A stretch of DNA of 64,000 nucleotides. Origin: a virus. Positions 10,301-18,455 of the stretch are shown here, piece after piece. Each line of letters begins with the position of its first letter. Positions within the stretch are counted from its first letter, which is position 1. The notes under the pieces are model-generated. The model ran no database searches, was not told the origin of the DNA, and saw only the letters and a list, made by a program, of their open reading frames with translations. The translations under genes were made by a program, and so were the position numbers. Where the stretch lies: the IMG/VR virus record IMGVR_UViG_3300010354_000051, positions 1-64,000 of that record. One strand, given 5' to 3'.

Positions 10301-10408
10301 TTTCAACCCCGAGACCAGGAATTTATTATCAAGCGTCGATGAGAACTTCTTGAAGTCTGATAGCGCTCTGGCTGTATTAGCTGTTACGTTAAGTTGTAGA
10401 TTAGCCAT
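7328..10408 (-). CDS. Tail tape measure protein
   Basis: 1026 aa, Ala/Gly-rich and helical, with hydrophobic GAGMGMAFGPQGALIGAGIGA segments and a C-terminal VVNDGEFVIP. It sits between the tube-initiator and gp25 genes. Confidence 0.7.
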   Translation of the reverse strand: MANLQLNVTANTARALSDFKKFSSTLDNKFLVSGLKLDVVRNALGQINREFQKSIGEQGLASAASLRSAQNQASLLTQTFKGFAAESALAINRDIGTALNSLAVRAGGTMKDVQKVISATPFISTRISTDLKDQLTKGMMAFQRDARRAGLGDNFAGIARQFLSGQAMGRDMINSDNPLAQFLGSEIMKRSGGQTTIYDPKARSEILAQIVGDKEVQKQLRDMAKQTYGYRIILEDLNTQLFNTEKGVFGALRKVIDRTGKSTTIFDEVYKLTDKVFGPNGAFRALFKSISEVFKVGDPLRPFIDAVQFVTKKFGELAKFFRSEGFLSFLGGVKDVFDRVVNIGKNIFETFSKAINEVVSGGFSSAQIKEDIVSVGESVRQYIKSFGEKIRDWDETEATDFSAGIIGTLATEVGKTTVVVIKELLMTLIDKVPTIVTAILPEVNKGINSILTEAFGTVGGKVVKFILGFVPGIGPLARASAVGDVTGGGGNMFSALAMGAGSLLGPAALFGIAKLGARFGTSRGRSQTYRGAMRRVAGAEERIGRDLFLDDDFSPVTNFVGRFRQYLSRERERRPAAPTFTGYTMPTDPPIAPHTRLGVINARSSVLAGIGPYTAPSSTLFQNRYGPINQQTSMFNLSGYRGSSVINRQTTMFKPLTDSELFDLYAKEAMDKINAKKEMENNQRRITADRAIRQRNRSLIKGFGDKLYQQRGGQKSYLDLVNNANEINFPDNEIHGFSVADRVASSRYSKVLERYRRRYGLMGRLSRAIRRPGAGRWAAGSIASTFAINSLSQASDAAQESGGGMGALGSLANGALQGAGMGMAFGPQGALIGAGIGAVFSAATLLMDKGIRDSIGKFLSDLGSGFARTAESFGKGIVGLFRGLIEGTINTIRSIPGVNGISGLLSSLSKFQLPHFNEGKNFAGPALGLEARMSGRRPMVVNDGEFVIPSNGFATLSTLVSQNIKNSQPAQGTAPAQISFYLNLNYQALTSNPDEIVKALKQPVIQIIDQAWKESQSAKILRPKNA

Positions 10409-12246
10409 TAGTTCGCCTCCCTGAACTTACCATCCTTTTCACAAATAAGGACTTTATTCGTGCATGGGTTTTTCCAACGGTCTTGATTTTTGAGCTTTAC
10501 CCCAGACAAGCTGCACAAACTCCCGGCTTTTATCGCGCAGAGCTTTTGTCTTTTCTTCTTGGTCGTATATTCTTTCTCGTTCTGCTGGGACTGTTTGCAC
10601 TTCTGCGAGTCTTGAATGTTTTTACAGGCTGCTATGGCTTTGAATGTCGCCTCTATTAGGTCAGAATATGCTTGTTTGACCCCGTCTAATGAGAACACTT
10701 GAAGTCGAGCACTTATACGTTTCTCCATATCTGCTACGCTCCACCCAGCCAACCTGTCAGTAAACTCCTTCCCAAACAACTCTGAACCTTTTATGTAGTA
10801 TTCTTTATACATTTTGAGCCTTAAGCCTATAGCGGATTTAAAGTACCTCGTATAATCATAAATACCCCCCAAATTTATAAACAAAATACCGTTTTTATCA
10901 CCCTCTAGGGTTTTAGATAGCTTCTCAAAGTTCTTTCTAATCAACCCCATTTCTTTGCACTTAACATACATCTCTGTACGGTTAAAGGATGGTTTACCCC
11001 CTCCACCTCCTTCTTCATTACCCTTAGAATTTTCTCCCTCCTCCACTTTTCTTTGTTCGGGAGTTGTGCTTCTGGCAGGCAGAGCCGGGTCATTCACAAC
11101 CGGTTGCCTACCCGGTCTAGTAATATCTGCAAACCCGTCATTAATTGTCCACTCAGGAACTTGTTCTAATTCAAATGATACCTCGGCATTTACTAATACG
11201 CCGTGGTCCCATGACTGCTCTCTGACCCGGATATTTTGTATAACACAAGGGCCAAATACCCTTTTCCCCCATACGAATTCGAGAACGGGCGGGCCATCGG
11301 CACCATTCTCCCCGTCCCTGGCCATAAACAAATCCTGTAAGCCTTTTTCCAAACTTTCCACACGCTTGCCAAACGTATAGCCATGCAATAGCACTTTGCC
11401 AAAGACCAGTTTTCTGTTCTTATTGCTACGCCAGGATAAAGGCTGACCGCTGTTGGCCGGATCGGATACGCCCCAGGTCTCAGCCCGGTTATAATCCGGG
11501 CCGGATTCTAGCTGAAGTTCCTCAGGGTTGAATAGAAATTGCCAGGCCGCATCGGTTATGGGGGCGGTAGGAGTAGCTGATTCGACTAGGCCGGACGGAT
11601 TAGCAGAGAAAACCGCACCGCCTAGCAGTTTTTCAAAAAAGTTCTGTGGCCGAGAAGGCTGGGCAGAGGGCGAAGGTGCAAGAGCTGGCTTGGTAATATA
11701 AGTATTGGTAGGTACGGAAGTAGCCCCTTTAGGAGGAGGATTGAGTTGTTGTGTAGTACTGACTGTAGCAATACTCCAGTCTACATTACTATCCCATTTA
11801 ATCTTATCTGGCTCCCAAGTCGTGTCATATTTCCCAGCCGCTACACCGCTCCGTATCTGATCCAGCTCTACAACCACACCTTTTCCGTACAGCTCTTCTG
11901 ATATAGAGTCGAATTGGGAGCGAGGGACGGCTTGTTCTGAAGCCTTCTGCTCGACTTTTACTCTTTGCTCGACACCGTTCCTACTCCAGTATCGTATATA
12001 AGCTGTGGTTGCTGACATGCCTCCAACTGTCCCGTCTACGAACGAGATGTTGTCCAGCTTGTCCAGAACGCTAAAGGTAGCACCGCGCACATGCGGCGTG
12101 TAAACTGGCGAATCGGAGTTGCCTGGGGCGGTGGATTGGGCCGGTTTATTCTGCTGAGTAGGTTGTTGCTTAGCTATAGGTGTAGTGGCTGGCCTAGAAA
12201 CTGCCCCGGTCTTGTCTATAAGATCGCTACGTTGAAAGCCAGCCAC
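10408..12246 (-). CDS. Baseplate / tail-tube initiator (CIS-tube, gpU/gp48-like domain)
   Basis: Central WQFLFNPEEL..GPPVLEFVWG..GPCVIQNIRVRE..AEVSFELEQ pattern. Confidence 0.65.
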   Translation of the reverse strand: MAGFQRSDLIDKTGAVSRPATTPIAKQQPTQQNKPAQSTAPGNSDSPVYTPHVRGATFSVLDKLDNISFVDGTVGGMSATTAYIRYWSRNGVEQRVKVEQKASEQAVPRSQFDSISEELYGKGVVVELDQIRSGVAAGKYDTTWEPDKIKWDSNVDWSIATVSTTQQLNPPPKGATSVPTNTYITKPALAPSPSAQPSRPQNFFEKLLGGAVFSANPSGLVESATPTAPITDAAWQFLFNPEELQLESGPDYNRAETWGVSDPANSGQPLSWRSNKNRKLVFGKVLLHGYTFGKRVESLEKGLQDLFMARDGENGADGPPVLEFVWGKRVFGPCVIQNIRVREQSWDHGVLVNAEVSFELEQVPEWTINDGFADITRPGRQPVVNDPALPARSTTPEQRKVEEGENSKGNEEGGGGGKPSFNRTEMYVKCKEMGLIRKNFEKLSKTLEGDKNGILFINLGGIYDYTRYFKSAIGLRLKMYKEYYIKGSELFGKEFTDRLAGWSVADMEKRISARLQVFSLDGVKQAYSDLIEATFKAIAACKNIQDSQKCKQSQQNEKEYTTKKKRQKLCAIKAGSLCSLSGVKLKNQDRWKNPCTNKVLICEKDGKFREAN

Positions 12247-12270
12247 TACACTTAATTACTATCTAACCTG

Positions 12271-12278
12271 CTTTCAAC
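12271..12278 (-). promoter_or_regulatory. Candidate late promoter GTTGAAAG-N6-AG
   Basis: 24 nt upstream of the GTG at 12246. Confidence 0.75.
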
Positions 12279-12283
12279 TCGAT

Positions 12284-13267
12284 TTAGACAGGCGGCTCGG
12301 AATGCTCGAAGCTCCAAGCTATGGCATTAGAGACAACCTCTTCGGCATTTTTATCCCAGTCAGCGAAGTGCGGATTGTTGTTAATCCGCTCCAGCACCCA
12401 TTTCTTTACCACGTTCCCTACTGTCTCCGGCATTCTTGCTATTCTGCTGGTCTTTCTCCAGACACACTCATACCTGCTACCTCCTTTCGAGCCATCGAAA
12501 GACTCAATCTCCCTCAATATCCCCAATATCTTCCTCTTTACAAACTCTCTCTTGCCCGGAGTAAGCTTGAGCCAGATCTTTCTCTGATCCTCTATCGACC
12601 CCCAATCCGGATCGTGTTCGCGTGGGACAGATTCTCTCGTCACAATGTACTTCTCCGCTTGTATCGAATCAGAAATCTTCTGAAGCGTGGCCAGCTCAGT
12701 CAGGCAATTCGAGTCGAATCGAATCACCGACTCTTTGGTCGAGCCGAAATACAACCTGGCCACATCGACACAGGCCGTATCAGCCTGCAAGGCGTGAGTC
12801 ACTGCCACCGAATACAGTTTTGCCAAATTTAAATTATTTAAATTATTTTCTAGAAATAAAATTCCTCGGAATTTGGGAAAGGACTCAGTGCTGGAGAAAG
12901 AGTGGTGGAGGATGTTGAAGTTTAGGCCGATCGAGGCAGCTCTGGCTACAATCTCATCCGCCGGCTCCCCGTTGTCAAAATCAATTCCGAGGACTTGGCA
13001 GCTCTCAAATAACGCCTCGATTCGGCGTCTCCTGCGCCAATCCGGGCAAGTATTGAAGACGTAAGGGGACCATGTCCGTCCAGATGTAATAATCCGGGCT
13101 AGACTTTTCGGTGTGACTTCTTGAATATCGGTGCCTAATCTGGCCCCGAGAACTCGAACTTCTGTCCGAGGCACACCATACTTATCAACAAGATTGCCGT
13201 ACTGAAGCTTGCTGCTAGGTTTACGGTCCCAGCATTCGTGATCGAGAGTAATGGTCGCGGTAGGCAT
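12284..13267 (-). CDS. AEP-superfamily primase (stand-alone)
   Basis: GIDFDNG (DxD), HHSFSS..PKFRGIL and DTACVDVARLYFG; adjacent to the helicase. Confidence 0.6.
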   Translation of the reverse strand: MPTATITLDHECWDRKPSSKLQYGNLVDKYGVPRTEVRVLGARLGTDIQEVTPKSLARIITSGRTWSPYVFNTCPDWRRRRRIEALFESCQVLGIDFDNGEPADEIVARAASIGLNFNILHHSFSSTESFPKFRGILFLENNLNNLNLAKLYSVAVTHALQADTACVDVARLYFGSTKESVIRFDSNCLTELATLQKISDSIQAEKYIVTRESVPREHDPDWGSIEDQRKIWLKLTPGKREFVKRKILGILREIESFDGSKGGSRYECVWRKTSRIARMPETVGNVVKKWVLERINNNPHFADWDKNAEEVVSNAIAWSFEHSEPPV

Positions 13268-13281
13268 TGTCAGTTCTCCGT

Positions 13282-15114
13282 TCAGAGTTTTTGAGGGTCG
13301 TAAGATGCGTCGTAGAGATATTCCGGTTTGCAGCGATTAGACTTGTCGAACAGGTAGTCTTTTTCCTCCTGATCGGTGATAGTAGCTAGCAGTTCGTTAG
13401 CAAGCTTATAGATTTTATTCTTCTCACCTTTTACCATTTCCCATGTTCGGACAATGTGCGAGGTCTTTTTAGACATGGAGAAGCCGTCTCTGAGCGTAAG
13501 AGCTGTGAAGACGTTCTCTGTAGCTAGGGACAAGTCTTTGTCCGTCTTGTAGTTGTTAAAGATTTCATAGGCTTTGTCCACACTGGTAATGAGCATTTTC
13601 CTCTGAGCCCAGTAAGGGTGAGACTGGTCTCTTTTAGATTGCTCCCAATGAGCTTTCATATTCCGCCTAAGGTTATTCGCCTTCATGTCAATCATCAGGA
13701 ACCGGGTCGATTCAAGGATCGTACCGAGCGAACCCAGAGTCATTTCTGGCAGGTAGTTCCCTGTTCCTTTCTGGTCTCTGATGGCATAGGCCAGGAAACA
13801 GAACCGGATGAAGCATTCAAGGGCGTTTTTGTGAATCTGGATGCGAAGGTAGGGTAGTAATTGTTCGCTATAGAAGTGTACATCGGTGCCCGAGTTGACT
13901 TTGTCCAGGAAGAAATCAGTACAGTCTCTCAGGACTTTCATGAACAGAGTGATCTCATCTACCCCGAGCTTGTTGCACAGGTAACGAATGTTGGCGACAG
14001 GGTGAATGTCTCTCCCCTCTTGTTCAGACATTTCCTCCTGTTCAAACACCCGGTAGGTTGAGATTAGGGCCAGACGACTAATCGCACCTGAGTCCAGACT
14101 ATAGGAGATCTCCGATCGTATCTCGTTACAGTTAGCGATAATTACTGTATTGCTGACGACTTCAATCGAGTCTGTCCCCTTATTCTCTACTTTTTCCGTG
14201 CCCCCGGTCACTACCGACTTAAAGCTGTGGGCCTTGAGCATTTTCTCCAACGAATCCAAAGTAAGATCGTCGTTATATGCTAAGTGTGAACTTATCACTG
14301 GCCCCTGATTAAAACGGGTCCCAAAGTCACCCATGCTGACCACATCATAGCCACAGTATTGCATGGCTTTCATCACACCATTGAGTATGGTCGATTTGCC
14401 AACTCCCGGCTCACCAACAACTACCCCGGCTTTCCTAAAGCCGTGATTGATTACCTTCTCACTCCCCGGATGGATTGAGCCAGTTCGGCCTACACAAGCC
14501 CGGCCGATGATAAGTTTGAACATTTCCGACTCGGCCGGAGGGAATATGGTCACTATGTCTTCAAACTTAAGATCTCTTACTTTCTCGTCAAACCAGGCAT
14601 TTTCCGGCACATAGGCATACACATCGTTGACAGACTTTGCCCGCATATTCGCTTCGATTGAGGCGGGGGAATGGGCTATGCCTAGCCGGTATTCTCCCGA
14701 ACCCATCTTTTTATGCCTAAGCGCTTTCAGATTCTCCACACCGAGTATGTAATCGGTGATTTCGCTAGAGCGACCTGAGCGATAGATGAATAGCGGTATG
14801 GCAAATTCCCGACAATCCGCACTGAGGCTCAGGTCTCCGTCCGGGTCAAGAATGTCATTCTGGGCTTGCTCTAACTGTTCTTCAGAAGCAGGGATTAAGA
14901 ACTCAAACCAGTCCGGGTATACTATCCCCTTCGGGATTTTGGTACAGCCGTTAGCCGGATTGAACCTTTCATAAAGGTCGTGATAGGATGTGATCCTCGA
15001 GTCAAGGTTTATACGGAGGTAATATCCGTTCCCTTCCAGGGAGGAGATAATCTCTCCGTATTTGCTTGCCGGGCCTTTCGATTTGAGTTCGGAATCAGAA
15101 CTGTTCGTTGACAT
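13282..15114 (-). CDS. SF3 / D5-like helicase
   Basis: Walker A GEPGVGKST, Walker B LAYNDD, motif C IIANCN. Confidence 0.7.
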   Translation of the reverse strand: MSTNSSDSELKSKGPASKYGEIISSLEGNGYYLRINLDSRITSYHDLYERFNPANGCTKIPKGIVYPDWFEFLIPASEEQLEQAQNDILDPDGDLSLSADCREFAIPLFIYRSGRSSEITDYILGVENLKALRHKKMGSGEYRLGIAHSPASIEANMRAKSVNDVYAYVPENAWFDEKVRDLKFEDIVTIFPPAESEMFKLIIGRACVGRTGSIHPGSEKVINHGFRKAGVVVGEPGVGKSTILNGVMKAMQYCGYDVVSMGDFGTRFNQGPVISSHLAYNDDLTLDSLEKMLKAHSFKSVVTGGTEKVENKGTDSIEVVSNTVIIANCNEIRSEISYSLDSGAISRLALISTYRVFEQEEMSEQEGRDIHPVANIRYLCNKLGVDEITLFMKVLRDCTDFFLDKVNSGTDVHFYSEQLLPYLRIQIHKNALECFIRFCFLAYAIRDQKGTGNYLPEMTLGSLGTILESTRFLMIDMKANNLRRNMKAHWEQSKRDQSHPYWAQRKMLITSVDKAYEIFNNYKTDKDLSLATENVFTALTLRDGFSMSKKTSHIVRTWEMVKGEKNKIYKLANELLATITDQEEKDYLFDKSNRCKPEYLYDASYDPQKL

Positions 15115-16346
15115 TAATGGGCAAGTCCCAGAGTCTTCATTTTAGCATCGAAGCGGAGAAGGGTCGCCTTGTAGTCTTTACGAGATTGCTTCAGAGTTTT
15201 CAGCAGCCCTTTATCCCCTTCTGAGAAATTTGCCGGATCGGATTTTTTCTTTTCCTCAAGCAGTTTGATTTTCTCAAGAGCCTTCAGGTCGTCTATGGCA
15301 ACTCTGCTGCATTTTACAAAGTCGTTGTCGTCAGGTAACGCTATGCAGTATTTTTTGGACAGACCTTTCAGATCAGGGGCCAGAGCCTCTCGGCGTTCTT
15401 TGCGAGATCGTTCAGCATACAAAGCTATGTCAACTTCAGCCGGAGCGGGTATTTCCGGCAAGAACATACCTATTGCAGTTAAAAATTTCCTTGCATTGGT
15501 TAAATGATCCGGTCTGTTGGATTGAGACTGGTCGGAAAGAATATCAGACAGCAGTGTCTCTTCTTCTTCAGTCCAGCCCCATTCCTCATCTTCCTCATAC
15601 AGGTCGAAGAATCGGAGCGGGGTATTGGGTAGGAGATTGTCCCCTCTGTCCCCCACCTCAACTTTTACAGTATAGGTTTCTCTGGCCGATCCTATTTTCA
15701 GTTTTTCCTTCCTGAGGTAGTAGTCACACACATCCTCTTCTGTTCGGATACGGGGCAGCCACGGGCCGGTATTACACCAGACAATTTTATGCTGATCGGA
15801 GACCAGTCCTTGCCAATCTCCGTCCAGCGTGCTCAGTAAGATGTAGCGATCAGGCGATGGCAGACTTCTCTGAATCCGGGCTATTTTACCCGCCACATCA
15901 TCCGCTTCATATAACTCTTTGCTGAAGAAACGAAAAGAAGATCCGGGAGATTTGATGTACTTATACCCTTCCTCAAGTATTATCGGAAAAAGGGAGGGCT
16001 TAGGTGGACGACCGCCTTTATACTCGGGCAAACCTAACTTATGCGCTTCGAGATGGCGCCAATATCCCTGCCCGAGCCCTTCAATCTCTCCCTTAAAGTC
16101 ATCGACAACTATCGCTGTGAAGTTTCTAGCTGGCAGAGAGTCAATACCTCTGTTCAATCTGTAGGCCCAGAGCGCTCTGACAACCGCTCTAAGCTTTGAT
16201 TCATCTTCACCGACAATATCAACAGCAGATTCGGTAAAATTATGAATTTGATGAGCATAGACTTTATAGTCTATGACAATAAGGGGCAGAGTCTCCTCCT
16301 GGTCAAGAGTCTGCTCTAGCCATTTTTCCTTCAGTTCGAAATTCAT
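15114..16346 (-). CDS. 5'-3' exonuclease (FEN / T4 RNase H-like)
   Basis: LIVIDYK, YWRH..EYKGGR, YEADDVAG and STLDGDWQGL acidic motifs. Confidence 0.75.
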   Translation of the reverse strand: MNFELKEKWLEQTLDQEETLPLIVIDYKVYAHQIHNFTESAVDIVGEDESKLRAVVRALWAYRLNRGIDSLPARNFTAIVVDDFKGEIEGLGQGYWRHLEAHKLGLPEYKGGRPPKPSLFPIILEEGYKYIKSPGSSFRFFSKELYEADDVAGKIARIQRSLPSPDRYILLSTLDGDWQGLVSDQHKIVWCNTGPWLPRIRTEEDVCDYYLRKEKLKIGSARETYTVKVEVGDRGDNLLPNTPLRFFDLYEEDEEWGWTEEEETLLSDILSDQSQSNRPDHLTNARKFLTAIGMFLPEIPAPAEVDIALYAERSRKERREALAPDLKGLSKKYCIALPDDNDFVKCSRVAIDDLKALEKIKLLEEKKKSDPANFSEGDKGLLKTLKQSRKDYKATLLRFDAKMKTLGLAH

Positions 16347-16370
16347 TTCAGGGCGGTATTTGCCCTTATT

Positions 16371-16613
16371 TTAACGCATTCCGAAGAACTTGGCGCTTAG
16401 GACTCGCTGAGCCCGGACGAATTTCGTCAAGGGGTAGTTGTTGAGCATGGCCCATTCCAGCAGCGGTTTGGGTTTCATTTCAACCAAAGGTTTGTCGATT
16501 TCCGTCAAAACAGTGTTAGAATCGGCCACGTAGAACTTTTCACCGTCCCGCGCAACAACCAAAACATCTACGTCTTTGTCAAAACGAATAGGTTTTAGAA
16601 CTTTTTCAATCAT
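16371..16613 (-). CDS. Hypothetical protein
   Basis: 80-aa ORF coupled to the upstream gene by a 4-nt overlap. Confidence 0.6.
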   Translation of the reverse strand: MIEKVLKPIRFDKDVDVLVVARDGEKFYVADSNTVLTEIDKPLVEMKPKPLLEWAMLNNYPLTKFVRAQRVLSAKFFGMR

Positions 16614-17062
16614 TGGCCTATGCGAGATTTAACACCTTCTTTGGTAAGTTTCCGGACCTGGGTCAGATCTTGTTTAGCTTTGGGCAGCTCTCGTTTCAAG
16701 CTGTCTCTCTGGCGCTCCATGGGGGATTTTACCTTGCTCTCCCACTGTTGACCATTGCGGGTTGAAGCTGCGACTCTGGATTCGACACTAGCTTCGGATT
16801 TAGGATTAGGGGTGCAGATCCCGTTCTCATTGGAGGTTCCGGCCGGGCATTGATTGACCTGCCTGCCCCTAAACAGGGCGGTCTCGGGGGAATCCGGCTC
16901 TTCCTTCACCCCCTCGTCTGCAAAGGACATTTTCGATGAGGCTTTAAGGTGAAAGTCCGGATCGCCTAGTTTAGGCATGACAGCCTCTGACTCTCCTATA
17001 ACTTTACCCGAAACCCACTCTGATTTGGGGGCAATACCCCAGTCTTTAGGCTTATCAAACAT
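16610..17062 (-). CDS. Hypothetical charged protein with an N-terminal KPKDWGI tag variant
   Basis: 150-aa ORF with the promoter motif 19 nt upstream. Confidence 0.7.
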   Translation of the reverse strand: MFDKPKDWGIAPKSEWVSGKVIGESEAVMPKLGDPDFHLKASSKMSFADEGVKEEPDSPETALFRGRQVNQCPAGTSNENGICTPNPKSEASVESRVAASTRNGQQWESKVKSPMERQRDSLKRELPKAKQDLTQVRKLTKEGVKSRIGQ

Positions 17063-17073
17063 GGCTAGATGTG

Positions 17074-17598
17074 CTACTTAGCTTTCAACCCTTTTGCGAC
17101 TGCTGATGCTATGTGGTAAAGGGGGAGGTTGGTAGAGAGTTGCGGGGATACTTTTTCAACAAATTCGGGGATTTTCTCCGGCTCGGGCTTTACTTTATCG
17201 AATACTTTCAGGCTACGGGCAACCCGGTCCTCCAAATCTACACTCAGCTTACCACTCAGCTCGATCTCTTTAGACTGTGCAATTTCTGGCGACCACTTAG
17301 TGGTTATGTAACGGCTCAGAACTTTGACTTCAGCCGCACTCAGCTTATTGTCCCTAACAGATTGGAGTATGACTCCAATAATCACCCTAATCTGCGACTC
17401 ATTGTACCATCTGGACTGACCATGCTTGAGCCAGAAGGCATCTATTGCATTAAATGCGTCGTAGACTAGTTCGGTGTTAAGAAGAGTGTTTCGGTTTAGC
17501 AAATGCTTGTTGATGAGATTTGCAATGGCGATATAGGCTTTTTCTGTCAGAGTTCTTCTTGCCAAAAGCCCGAATGTGAAATTGAATGGAGTGGCCAT
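17074..17598 (-). CDS. Hypothetical helical protein
   Basis: 174-aa ORF with the promoter motif 19 nt upstream. Confidence 0.7.
   Translation of the reverse strand: MATPFNFTFGLLARRTLTEKAYIAIANLINKHLLNRNTLLNTELVYDAFNAIDAFWLKHGQSRWYNESQIRVIIGVILQSVRDNKLSAAEVKVLSRYITTKWSPEIAQSKEIELSGKLSVDLEDRVARSLKVFDKVKPEPEKIPEFVEKVSPQLSTNLPLYHIASAVAKGLKAK
17082..17089 (-). promoter_or_regulatory. Candidate late promoter GTTGAAAG-N6-AG
   Basis: 19 nt upstream of the ATG at 17062. Confidence 0.7.
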
Positions 17599-17609
17599 AA
17601 TTACCCTTT

Positions 17610-17777
17610 CTAGCCGGCTTTCAACTTCTCCCCTAAACCCGCACAGAATTTACATTCGACTACTTCGTCAGGGTGAACAATTCCTGTTCCCGGTTTTTGC
17701 TGGATAAGGAAAAAACCCCTACCGTTACAGTAGGGGCATTTATTATCCTTATAGTCGGCTATAAGGACTTGCTTCAT
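17610..17777 (-). CDS. 55-aa DnaJ-type zinc-finger microprotein (missed by the ORF track)
   Basis: Hand translation: MKQVLIADYKDNKCPYCNGRGFFLIQQKPGTGIVHPDEVVECKFCAGLGEKLKAG*. Contains two CxxCxGxG repeats and starts 3 nt after the dUTPase stop. Confidence 0.8.
   Translation of the reverse strand: MKQVLIADYKDNKCPYCNGRGFFLIQQKPGTGIVHPDEVVECKFCAGLGEKLKAG
17618..17625 (-). promoter_or_regulatory. Candidate late promoter GTTGAAAG-N6-AG
   Basis: 19 nt upstream of the ATG at 17598. Confidence 0.75.
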
Positions 17778-17780
17778 TGG

Positions 17781-18419
17781 CTATTTGCCTCCGGTCGAAC
17801 CAAACCCGTTTGCCGAACGTTGAGACAGATCGAAAACCGATTCGTTTGTTACAACCTGTCTCTTGGTTTGATTGATTACCAATTCGCACAACCCCTGAGC
17901 TATTCTAGAGCCGTGGGTAAAGACGTGATAGTCATAGCCATCATTAGTCAGCGATACTTTAACCCAGCCTCGATACCCGCGATCAATAATCCCAGGAGAA
18001 TTGGTCACTTTAATACCGTGATTGTTGGCTAGTCCGCTCCTAGGCACAATTTTATACACGGAGATCAGGCTGCTCCAGGGGAATTGGAGTTGGGACAGGT
18101 TGGGGAGAATGACCTTGAACCCACTGTTAACAAGAACTTTCTCCCCCGGTTTGAGAAAGACCGCACCGCCAGACTGGCTAATTTTTGCCAGGAATTCGGC
18201 TTCGCTGAAAGACTCATCAGCGACCCCGTCAACATACAGACCGGTGCCGTACTTCTGGTTGTCAACCTCATACTCTCGCCAGAATTTCACAGCGGAAGCT
18301 TCGTTGTACAAACCCTCCACATGGGCTCGAATATCCGCCCCGGCATCTTCGTCGGAGTGTTGAACTGTCGGGGCGAAATTTTCATCGCCAGGCTTGGTGT
18401 AAAAAATTGGGCAGAGCAT
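17781..18419 (-). CDS. dut: Trimeric dUTPase
   Basis: Motifs AGADIRA, IVPRSGL, GIIDRGYRG, RIAQG and RSANGFGSTG. Confidence 0.92.
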   Translation of the reverse strand: MLCPIFYTKPGDENFAPTVQHSDEDAGADIRAHVEGLYNEASAVKFWREYEVDNQKYGTGLYVDGVADESFSEAEFLAKISQSGGAVFLKPGEKVLVNSGFKVILPNLSQLQFPWSSLISVYKIVPRSGLANNHGIKVTNSPGIIDRGYRGWVKVSLTNDGYDYHVFTHGSRIAQGLCELVINQTKRQVVTNESVFDLSQRSANGFGSTGGK

Positions 18420-18455
18420 GGTCGTTCTGTAGCAGTTCTAGCCTAGCAAAAACGG

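Noticed and set aside
17710-17736. CCCCTAC/GTAGGGG hairpin with an A6 run, resembling a terminator after dut
   Set aside because: It lies inside the zinc-finger microprotein ORF and encodes its CPYCNGRGFF motif. A dual role cannot be excluded but is unsupported.
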